Source: Thermodesulfobacteriota bacterium
GTDB taxonomy: Bacteria > Desulfobacterota > Desulfobulbia > Desulfobulbales > SURF-16
Direction: 5' to 3'
DNA length: 33,684 nucleotides
Assembly: GCA_040755455.1 (NCBI GenBank)
Contig: JBFMAY010000044.1
Coordinates: 1 to 33,684 of the forward strand
Under the pieces are notes generated by a model. That model ran no database searches and was not told the origin of the DNA. It worked only from the letters and a program-made list of their open reading frames with translations. The stretch's first letter is position 1. Each line of letters begins with the position of its first letter. Of the stretch, positions 1 through 7,363 are shown one piece after another. The position numbers were made by a program, and so were the translations under genes.

Positions 1-206
1 AAACGCAGATACCGCAATAAAGGGGGGTCAAAAAATTAGTCGCCCCCCGCGTGGGGGCGTGGATTGAAACTGCCCCAAGCGGTCACACCGTCCAGGTTAT
101 AAAAAGTCGCCCCCCGCGCGGGGGGCGTGGATTGAAACCATGACCCACCTGTTGGTGTTAATGTGACATTAGTCGCCCCCCCCCCCGGCGCGGGACTGGA
201 AGAAAC
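1..206 (+). CRISPR. Trailer end of a CRISPR array, type I-C-like 32-bp repeat GTCGCCCCCCGCGTGGGGGCGTGGATTGAAAC; array probably continues beyond the left edge
   Basis: Probable repeat tail AAAC at 1-4; spacer 5-38 (34 bp); repeat 39-70; spacer 71-105 (35 bp); variant repeat 106-138 (T>C plus an extra G, 33 bp); spacer 139-171 (33 bp); degenerate terminal repeat 172-206. The GTCGC...ATTGAAAC ends and internal GC hairpin are typical of I-C repeats. No cas genes in the window. Confidence 0.93.
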
Positions 207-214
207 AGACCGTG

Positions 215-239
215 GGGGACAAATCTGCAATCTGTCCCC
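215..239. repeat. GC-rich palindrome GGGGACA-N11-TGTCCCC (REP-like hairpin) just after the array
   Basis: Perfect 7-bp arms at 215-221 and 233-239. Confidence 0.5.
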
Positions 240-459
240 GTGCCGTTTAAACGTTGGAACGTTTCTTGGGCCGCCGCCCAAGCCAGACAGGCGCGGGAAT
301 GAATGTTTATTTGCAGCTGGCTATTGTTGGCTATTCCCTTGACAAGGGCTCTTGTGATAAAGTGGTGAGCAATTGAGATCGGACGAGATATGCAGACCCG
401 TTCGTAGTAGAGGTTTAATTGACGGGAAAAGGCGGATTGACCGCGGGGCGCGAAGAAAA

Positions 460-831
460 ATGAAAAAAAAACATAAGATATTGGTGATTGATGATGATGC
501 AATGGTGCTGGAACTCATCGAACAGATGCTCACCACGACCGGCCACCATGTGCAGTCTGCCTTGACCGGCCGGAAGGCCCTGGAGCTGGCTGAGTTGGCT
601 GATGGCGATGTCGATCTGCTGCTGACGGATGTGGTTATGCCTGATATGAGCGGCGAGGATCTGGCGTTGATTTTCAAGCGGACCTATCCGGCGACGAAGG
701 TGCTCTTCATGTCGGCTTATCTGCGGCCCGGCGCGGGAAGATATGAGGATTTGCATGGCAAAGTGGAGTTTATCATCAAGCCTTTCACTGCGGAAAAATT
801 GAAAGGCGAGGTCAAAAGAATCCTGGCCTGA
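460..831 (+). CDS. Single-domain CheY-like response regulator
   Basis: ILVIDDD acidic pocket, LLLTDVVMP phospho-Asp, MSAY, and KPF Lys. ATG 460 preferred over TTG 373 because the receiver domain begins right after it. Confidence 0.9.
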   Translation: MKKKHKILVIDDDAMVLELIEQMLTTTGHHVQSALTGRKALELAELADGDVDLLLTDVVMPDMSGEDLALIFKRTYPATKVLFMSAYLRPGAGRYEDLHGKVEFIIKPFTAEKLKGEVKRILA

Positions 832-1047
832 GGCCATTCCCCGGCGTTTCCGGGAATCCATCGATTCGACTTTCCATCGTTTATATTCATTTCGGTCTTT
901 TCCCCAGGCTTTCCCCGCCGGAGAGGAGAAATCCGGCAATTATCCGTGAATTATTTTGCGCCGGTAATCTTTTTCCTGTAAAAATGGGGGGTGCTGCCAG
1001 AAATAGTGACGCAATAACGGTTTTTTCATTGATTGGGCGGAGGGTGT

Positions 1048-2481
1048 ATGGCTGGTCAGGATGAAACAAAGGGGCATGCGGCTTCACTGCAGGAGCTTTT
1101 GCGGGCAATTCCCAAGGTCGATGAGTTCTTGAGCTGGGTGGAGCACATTCAGGCGCCGGTGCGCTTTGTCAAGGCGGCGGTCCGGGAAGTGCTCGCCGCC
1201 GAGAGGGAGATTATCCTGGGCGGCCGGCCCCGCAAGGCGGAAGATCTTGACCGCGAGGCGCTGCTGGCGAAATTTGATAAACGTCTCAAGGACAAGCTGA
1301 CCCTCAATTTCCGGACGGTGATCAACGCCACCGGGGTCATCATCCACACCAATCTGGGCCGCTCCCTGCTGCCAGGGGTGGCCATGGACAGCCTGGTCAG
1401 GGTGGGCAGCCGCTATTCGAACCTGGAGTTTGACCTGACCACCGGTAAACGGGGCAGCCGTTATTCTCTGGTGGAGGACCTGCTCTGCGAGCTGACCGGG
1501 GCGGAAGCCGGGCTGGTGGTCAACAATAATGCCGCCGCGGTGCTGCTGGCGCTTGATACCCTGGCCAAGAATCGTGAGGTGATTGTCTCCCGCGGCCAGC
1601 TGGTCGAGATCGGCGGCTCTTTCCGCATCCCCGAGGTGATGGAAAAAAGCGGCGCCCTGCTGCGCGAGGTGGGGGCCACCAACCGGACCCATCTGCGGGA
1701 TTACGAAAATGCCATCAATGAACAGACCGGCCTGCTGCTCAAAGTCCATACGAGCAACTACCGCATCATCGGTTTTACCTCTGAGGTGAGTCTGCCGGAA
1801 ATGGTTGAGCTGGGCAGAAGGCACAATCTGCCAGTCATGGAGGACCTGGGCAGCGGCAGCCTGGTGGACCTCTCGCGCTTCGGCCTGGAAAAGGAGCCGA
1901 CCGTGGGCGAGGTGGTCAAGGCCGGGGTTGATGTGGTGACCTTCAGCGGCGACAAGCTGCTGGGCGGCCCCCAGGCCGGTCTTATCCTCGGCAAACGCGA
2001 CATCATCGGCCGCATCAAGAAAAACCCCCTCAACCGGGCACTGCGTATCGATAAATTCACCTTGGCGGGACTGGAGGCCATTCTGCGGCTGTACTGCGAG
2101 GAGGACAAGGCCCTGGCGGCCATCCCCACCCTGGCCATGATGGGCTTGCCCCTGGCCGCGATCGAACGCCGGGCGGCCAGGCTGACCCGCCGGATCGGCA
2201 AGGCTCTGGCGGATTGCTGCGGGGTGACGACGGTCTCCGCCGCCTCCCGGGTGGGTGGCGGCGCCATGCCGGAGCAGGACCTGCCCAGCAGGGCGGTGGC
2301 CCTGCGGCCCGTGGCGATGAAGGTCTCGGAGCTGGAAAGGAAACTGCGGGAAAGTTCGCCGCCGGTGATCGGCCGCATTGAAAACGAGGCTTATCTGCTT
2401 GATATGCGCACCGTGGCGGACGATGAAATACCCCTGCTTGCCGCTGCGCTGTTGGCGGTTTTCGAGGTGGAGGAGAAATGA
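1048..2481 (+). CDS. selA: L-seryl-tRNA(Sec) selenium transferase (selenocysteine synthase)
   Basis: INATGVIIHTNLGRS, VVNNNAAAVLL, VSRGQLVEIGGSFRIP, EVGATNRTH, and PLP-Lys motif FSGDKLLGGPQAG. GGAGG RBS before ATG 1048. Confidence 0.97.
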   Translation: MAGQDETKGHAASLQELLRAIPKVDEFLSWVEHIQAPVRFVKAAVREVLAAEREIILGGRPRKAEDLDREALLAKFDKRLKDKLTLNFRTVINATGVIIHTNLGRSLLPGVAMDSLVRVGSRYSNLEFDLTTGKRGSRYSLVEDLLCELTGAEAGLVVNNNAAAVLLALDTLAKNREVIVSRGQLVEIGGSFRIPEVMEKSGALLREVGATNRTHLRDYENAINEQTGLLLKVHTSNYRIIGFTSEVSLPEMVELGRRHNLPVMEDLGSGSLVDLSRFGLEKEPTVGEVVKAGVDVVTFSGDKLLGGPQAGLILGKRDIIGRIKKNPLNRALRIDKFTLAGLEAILRLYCEEDKALAAIPTLAMMGLPLAAIERRAARLTRRIGKALADCCGVTTVSAASRVGGGAMPEQDLPSRAVALRPVAMKVSELERKLRESSPPVIGRIENEAYLLDMRTVADDEIPLLAAALLAVFEVEEK

Positions 2482-4589
2482 GTTTTCCTTTTGATTTGAG
2501 CAGCAAGAAGCTTGAAGAGGCGGATATTGATCTGTTCGGCCTGGAATTCGCCGAGATCGTCAGTCTCTTTCTTCCCTGCCGCAAGGTGCATTTCGCCGGG
2601 CCCCATCCGGGCGGCGAGCTTCATTCGGGCTGGAAGGCCGGGGTTGAGATGGTGCGCAACGCCCAGAAACCGGTGGTGGACGGCGGCGAGGTGGAGCACC
2701 TCTATCTGCCCCTGTGGGACGGGGATGCTCTGTTCTGTGTCGCCATCCTTGACAATCCGCCGGGCACCTATCAGGATTCCTCCTCATCCATGCTGCTGGA
2801 AAAAAGCCGGTTGATTTCCGCGGAAATGGCCAGGGTCAAACAATTCGCCCTTGATCCCGTCACCGGCCTGCCCGGCGGCCGCATGCTGCATAGCCGGTTG
2901 CAGGCCCTGCTGCGGAAGAAGCGCGCCCAGGAAAACGGCAATGCGCCTTTTGCCCTGCTGCTGCTTGAGATTCATCCCCGGGCCCGGGATGGGGAGCAGG
3001 CCCTGGCGGTAATCGCCGGGAGCGCCGCCTTTCTCGATTCACTGATCGGCCATCTCTTTACCCCCTGCCATCTGGGCAGCGGCATTTTCGGTCTTCTCTG
3101 GGAGGGGCTCGGCGAGGCGCAGACCATGAAGATGGCTGATCTGCTGCTGCGCTGGCTGAAAAGAGAGGGGTTCGCCAAGAGCCGCATCGGCATCAGGTCA
3201 TGTTTGTCCGGGGAGCTGGCGGCAGCCGCCGAGGAGTTTCTGGGGCAGGCCTGGGACGCCCTGCGCATTGCCAGAAAGCGGGGGCCTTTTGCCCTCTGTT
3301 CCTATCAGGCCGTAAGCAGCCGCAACGCCCATCCCCTCTGTTCGCCGCCGGCCAAGGTTTTCGTCGAGCTGCACAAGTTGTGGCACGATAGCGAGCGGTT
3401 CGCCCTGCTACTTCTCCATGCGGACCATGCCGGCGGCGATACCATCGTTTGGCCTGACACCCTGGCGGCGCCTCTGGTCCCCATCAATGCGCATGAGGCC
3501 TTTGTTTATCTGAAAGGGGCTGACCGGCAGGCTGCCGAGTCGTGGGGCCGGGATTTTCAGGCCCGGGCCGCGTCCGTCAAGGTCAGCTTCTCCCTGGGCA
3601 TCGCGCTCTTCCCTGATCATGGCTTCAAGAAGGCGGAAACGGCGGCCAATTGCCGCAAGGCCCTGCTGCATACCGGCTTTTTCGGGCCGGGCAGCATGAC
3701 GGTTTTTGACGGGGTCAGTCTCAACATCAGCGGGGACATTTATTACAACGAGGGGGATCTGGCCCGGGCCGCCAAGGAGTACCGGCTGGGACTGCAGCTT
3801 GATCCTGCCAACATCAATCTGTTGAACAGCATGGCCGTCACCCTGGCCCAGATGAATCTGTATCGCAAGGCCATTCCTCTTTTCCAGCATGCCCTGGCCC
3901 TGGAGCCCGGCAATTTCATGGCCCTCTATAATCTCGGCTTTGCCTATCTGGCCACCGGCGAAGAGGGGAAGGCCATGGAGAATTTTGAGAAGGCCCTGGC
4001 TGAACAGGATGATAATTTCGATCTGCTGCTGCAGCTTGGCAAGCTCTATTGCAAGGCGGGACGCTTCGCCGATGCGGTGGGCGTGCTGCGCCGGGGTGAG
4101 CAGGTGGGGCCCGGTGGGGTGCGGGATATCAGCCATGGCGCGGTGCACCGCTTTCTGGGCGAGGCGTATAAGGGGCTGGGCGAAAACAGCAGGGCCATGT
4201 CCTGTCTGCAGAAGGCGGCCCGCCATAATCCCCGGGATGCTGCGGCGCTCAGCATGCTCGGCGAACTCTTTTTTCAGGAGCGGCAGGGGGATGAGATTGC
4301 CCTTGCCCTGTGCCGGCAGGCGGTGGAGCTTGACGACGATGACTGGCGGCACTGGTCCCGCCTGGCGACGGTGCTGGCCGGCCGGGGAGAATATGATGAG
4401 GCCCTGCGGGCCTTGCGCAAGGCCCTGACCCTGGACGCGAGAAACAGCAGGTTGTTCGTCCAGTTCGGCGCCCTGTATGAACAGCGGGGCAAGGTCGCTC
4501 TGGCGGGAAATATGTACAGCAAGGTGCTGCGTTTTGAGCCGCAGTGCCGGGAGGCGGCGGATCGGCTTGCCGCGCTGCGGAAGGCGTAG
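2478..4589 (+). CDS. Protein with degenerate GGDEF-like domain(s) and C-terminal TPR repeats
   Basis: DPVTGLP (GGDEF N-terminal motif), HLGSGIF in place of RxGGDEF, and a second VSFSLGIALFP segment. Many TPR repeats from about residue 410 (e.g. ALYNLGFAY..G...AMENFEKAL). ATGA overlap with the selA stop. Confidence 0.8.
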   Translation: MSFPFDLSSKKLEEADIDLFGLEFAEIVSLFLPCRKVHFAGPHPGGELHSGWKAGVEMVRNAQKPVVDGGEVEHLYLPLWDGDALFCVAILDNPPGTYQDSSSSMLLEKSRLISAEMARVKQFALDPVTGLPGGRMLHSRLQALLRKKRAQENGNAPFALLLLEIHPRARDGEQALAVIAGSAAFLDSLIGHLFTPCHLGSGIFGLLWEGLGEAQTMKMADLLLRWLKREGFAKSRIGIRSCLSGELAAAAEEFLGQAWDALRIARKRGPFALCSYQAVSSRNAHPLCSPPAKVFVELHKLWHDSERFALLLLHADHAGGDTIVWPDTLAAPLVPINAHEAFVYLKGADRQAAESWGRDFQARAASVKVSFSLGIALFPDHGFKKAETAANCRKALLHTGFFGPGSMTVFDGVSLNISGDIYYNEGDLARAAKEYRLGLQLDPANINLLNSMAVTLAQMNLYRKAIPLFQHALALEPGNFMALYNLGFAYLATGEEGKAMENFEKALAEQDDNFDLLLQLGKLYCKAGRFADAVGVLRRGEQVGPGGVRDISHGAVHRFLGEAYKGLGENSRAMSCLQKAARHNPRDAAALSMLGELFFQERQGDEIALALCRQAVELDDDDWRHWSRLATVLAGRGEYDEALRALRKALTLDARNSRLFVQFGALYEQRGKVALAGNMYSKVLRFEPQCREAADRLAALRKA

Positions 4590-4670
4590 CCGCGCCGCTG
4601 GCGGGCCGGAGCATGTCCAGCCAAGGCATGCTGCCCGGTCAAAAATAATGCGAAGGAGCGGGGGAAAACA

Positions 4671-5348
4671 ATGATCCATTCCGGTTCGAACAGCGAAAGC
4701 CAGCAGTACTGGCTGGACAACTTCAAGGCGGGAGACTCCTGGCGGCTTTTCCGCATCATGAGCGAGTTTGTCGATGGCTTTGATACCCTGGCCTCGGTCA
4801 ATCGGCCGGTTGTTTCCATCTTCGGTTCCGCCCGCACCAGCGAGAATGAGCCCTATTATCAGCTCGCCGTTGAGATCAGCCGCCGGCTGGCCCAGTCCGG
4901 CTATGCCATCATGACCGGCGGTGGACCCGGCATCATGGAGGCCGGCAATCGCGGCGCCGCGGAAGCGGGCGCCCCCTCCATCGGCCTGAAAATCAATCTG
5001 CCCTTGGAGAGGACGGGCAACAGGTACGTCAACCTGCCGCTGGGGTTCAAGTATTTCTTTGTGCGCAAGGTGATGCTGGTCAAATACGCCATGGCCTTTA
5101 TCGCCATGCCGGGGGGCTTCGGCACCCTGGACGAGTTGTTTGAGGCCATTACCCTGATTCAGACCAGGCGCATCAAGCCTTTTCCCATTGTGCTGGTCGG
5201 CAGTGACTACTGGGGCGGTCTGGTTGACTGGCTCCGCAGCACCTTGCTTGCCGGCGGCAATATCAACGAGGATGATCTGCTGATTTTCCAGGTCATGGAC
5301 ACGGCGGACGAGATTGTCCACTATATCAGACGCGCGGTCATTGTCTGA
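4671..5348 (+). CDS. LOG-family nucleotide 5'-monophosphate nucleosidase (TIGR00730-like)
   Basis: VSIFGSAR, TGGGPGIMEAGNRGA, FKYFFVRKVM, PGGFGTLDELFE. Confidence 0.93.
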   Translation: MIHSGSNSESQQYWLDNFKAGDSWRLFRIMSEFVDGFDTLASVNRPVVSIFGSARTSENEPYYQLAVEISRRLAQSGYAIMTGGGPGIMEAGNRGAAEAGAPSIGLKINLPLERTGNRYVNLPLGFKYFFVRKVMLVKYAMAFIAMPGGFGTLDELFEAITLIQTRRIKPFPIVLVGSDYWGGLVDWLRSTLLAGGNINEDDLLIFQVMDTADEIVHYIRRAVIV

Positions 5349-5498
5349 GGTTTTTTGATTTTTCCCCCCACATTACACCCACCTTTTGCGCAAAAATAAT
5401 TTGCGTTGTTTTTCTTTTCTCCTGTCTCTGTAATTTCTATATGTTGTTGTGTCCTGAACGTGGTACACCATATGGTGTGAAAAATGCCTGACGCTCCT

Positions 5499-5525
5499 AA
5501 TATTGTCCTGAAATAGGGCAATATT
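5499..5525. promoter_or_regulatory. Inverted repeat AATATTGTCCT-N5-AGGGCAATATT just upstream of the mraZ -35 (terminator or regulator site)
   Basis: 11-bp arms with one mismatch (G-U compatible), followed by TCCTCTT. Confidence 0.4.
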
Positions 5526-5530
5526 TCCTC

Positions 5531-5560
5531 TTGACACTACTGTTCATTGCCTCGTATAAG
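5531..5560 (+). promoter_or_regulatory. Sigma70-type promoter of the dcw cluster
   Basis: TTGACA (5531-5536), 18-nt spacer, TATAAG (5555-5560). Confidence 0.7.
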
Positions 5561-5569
5561 TATCATACC

Positions 5570-5605
5570 ATGGTGTAAAGTGGGGCAATAGGGTGCAGAG
5601 GGGGC
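5570..5605 (+). promoter_or_regulatory. MraZ-binding repeats (autoregulatory operator)
   Basis: TGGTG / TGGGG / GGGTG / GGGGC at 5571, 5581, 5591 and 5601. The exact 10-bp period matches the TGGGN-N5 MraZ box layout, between the promoter and the mraZ start. Confidence 0.72.
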
Positions 5606-5612
5606 GCACAGT

Positions 5613-6092
5613 ATGGGTGAAGTGATCATCGCAAGTCAGCCAGGCCGTTTCAGGGGCAGGTCTGAACATACGCTGGACGGGAAAGGCAGGTTGAATGTGC
5701 CGTCCCGCTTCCGGGATGTGCTCATGCGCGATTATGATGACCGTCTGCTGATTACCCCGCCATGGCGCACCTGTCTGCGCATCTATCCCCTGCAGGAGTG
5801 GGAGAAGATGGAAGCCACCCTGTTGAGCAAGGAAAAAAAGGACCCCCAGTTTCAAAAGATGATCCGCTATCTGGTCGGCGGGTCCGAGGAGTGCCAGATC
5901 GACAGGAACGGCCGTATTCTCCTGCCCGCCCATCTGCGTAATCAGCTTGATCTGAAGAAGGATGTGGTGATGATGGGCATGGGACCGTTTTTTGAGATAT
6001 GGGACAAGGATGCCTGGCAGGCGGAAAGCAGCATAACCCCGCAGGATTTTCATGAATTTGATTCAACCCTGCATGAGCTAGGCCTCTTTTAA
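5613..6092 (+). CDS. mraZ: Division/cell wall cluster transcriptional repressor MraZ
   Basis: FRG..EHTLDGKGRLNVPSRFR and IDRNGRILLP (two DxxGR motifs), FEIWD; first gene of the dcw cluster. Confidence 0.96.
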   Translation: MGEVIIASQPGRFRGRSEHTLDGKGRLNVPSRFRDVLMRDYDDRLLITPPWRTCLRIYPLQEWEKMEATLLSKEKKDPQFQKMIRYLVGGSEECQIDRNGRILLPAHLRNQLDLKKDVVMMGMGPFFEIWDKDAWQAESSITPQDFHEFDSTLHELGLF

Positions 6093-6095
6093 GAC

Positions 6096-6992
6096 ATGTC
6101 GATAAAGCCGGTACACCTGCCGGTTCTGCTGGATGAGGTTATTCATTACCTGGCTCCGCGGGATGGCGGCCTCTATGTGGATGGGAACCTGGGGCTCGGC
6201 GGGCATAGCGGGGCGATTCTTGCGGCGAGCAGCCCCGGCGGCAGGGTGGTGGGATTTGACTGGGATGAGGACGCCCTGGTCCAGGCCAGGGTCAATCTGG
6301 AGAGATTTGCGGGCAGGGTGGAGTTCGTACGGCGCAATTTCGCCGAAATCAAGGAAACCCTGCCTGGCATGGGGTTGGATAAGGTTGACGGGCTGCTTCT
6401 GGATCTGGGGTTGTCGTCCCTGCAGCTGGACGGAAGCGGCCGCGGCTTTACATTTCAGGGTTCCGAGCCCCTTGACATGCGCATGGATGTCAGCAGACCG
6501 GAGACAGCGGCGGATTTGTTGAACCGCGCCAGCGAGCAGGAGCTGGCCGATATTTTCTACTTGTATGGAGAGGAACGTCAGGCCAGGCGGATTGCCTCAC
6601 GGGTGGTTGACGTCCGCAGGAAGATCCCACTGGCGACGACTGATCAGTTGGTAAAGATTGTCGAAAACGCTGTCCCGCGCAGATTCTGGCCGAAAAAAAT
6701 CCATGTTGCCACCAAGGTTTTCCAGGCGCTGCGCATTGCGGTGAACCGGGAACTCGATAATCTTGAGAAAATTTTAGGCAGCGTGACGGATATTGTTAAA
6801 CCAGGAGGGCGTATCTGTATAATTTCTTTTCACTCCCTGGAGGATCGTCTGGTGAAGCGGGCTTTTAGAAATAATCCTGCCCTGGTGCCGCTAACGGCAA
6901 AAGCGGTAACCGCGGCTGAGCATGAGATCATGGTGAATCCGCGGTCAAGAAGCGCCAGGCTGCGCGTTGCCGCCGTGCGGGGTCAGGAATGA
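6096..6992 (+). CDS. rsmH: 16S rRNA (C1402-N4)-methyltransferase
   Basis: HLPVLL, DGNLGLGGHS, DLGLSSLQLD, FQALRIAVNREL, ISFHSLEDRLVK, NPRSRSARLR. Confidence 0.97.
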   Translation: MSIKPVHLPVLLDEVIHYLAPRDGGLYVDGNLGLGGHSGAILAASSPGGRVVGFDWDEDALVQARVNLERFAGRVEFVRRNFAEIKETLPGMGLDKVDGLLLDLGLSSLQLDGSGRGFTFQGSEPLDMRMDVSRPETAADLLNRASEQELADIFYLYGEERQARRIASRVVDVRRKIPLATTDQLVKIVENAVPRRFWPKKIHVATKVFQALRIAVNRELDNLEKILGSVTDIVKPGGRICIISFHSLEDRLVKRAFRNNPALVPLTAKAVTAAEHEIMVNPRSRSARLRVAAVRGQE

Positions 6993-7363
6993 TTGCGCAT
7001 TTTTCTTTGCAATACAAGCCCGGCGCAGGAAGAAGACTGGGCAAAAAGAGCTCCAGCCAGAAGTTGAGCCTGGGCAGCTGGTTCTGGAGGTTGACCGGCG
7101 TGGTTATGGTCATGGCCACCCTGGTCGGCATGGCGGGCAGTTTCTGGTTTTCGTGGAGCATCAGGCGTGGGCTGGACTCTTTGACCAGAGTGCAGGGGGA
7201 AAAGCATGCATTGCAGCAGGTAAGCGGCAAGCTGCAGAGCCAGAAGGCCCAGCTGCTTGACCGGAAACGTCTTGAAACCGTCGCCGCGGCGAAACTTTCC
7301 CTCTACCCCTCGGTTGAACAGAGCGCCGGCGGCGGGGTAATTGTCCGGATTCCCGAACCATGA
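6989..7363 (+). CDS. ftsL: FtsL-like bitopic division protein
   Basis: Basic N-terminus, one TM helix, then a heptad coiled coil ending RLETVAAAKL. Lies between rsmH and the PBP gene with ATGA overlaps on both sides. Confidence 0.7.
   Translation: MIAHFSLQYKPGAGRRLGKKSSSQKLSLGSWFWRLTGVVMVMATLVGMAGSFWFSWSIRRGLDSLTRVQGEKHALQQVSGKLQSQKAQLLDRKRLETVAAAKLSLYPSVEQSAGGGVIVRIPEP

Noticed and set aside
36..281. 81-aa minus-strand ORF with FQSTPPARGAT-type motifs
   Set aside because: Typical artefact of translating CRISPR repeats.
339..367. TTGACA as the -35 of the response regulator promoter
   Set aside because: No acceptable -10 at 16-18 bp spacing.
832..1047. Possible ncRNA or selC in the regulator-selA intergenic region
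   Set aside because: No tRNA cloverleaf, T-loop or recognisable riboswitch; only weak hairpins.
3408..5321. 637-aa minus-strand ORF
   Set aside because: Antisense shadow of the TPR and LOG genes in GC-rich DNA; no recognisable motifs.
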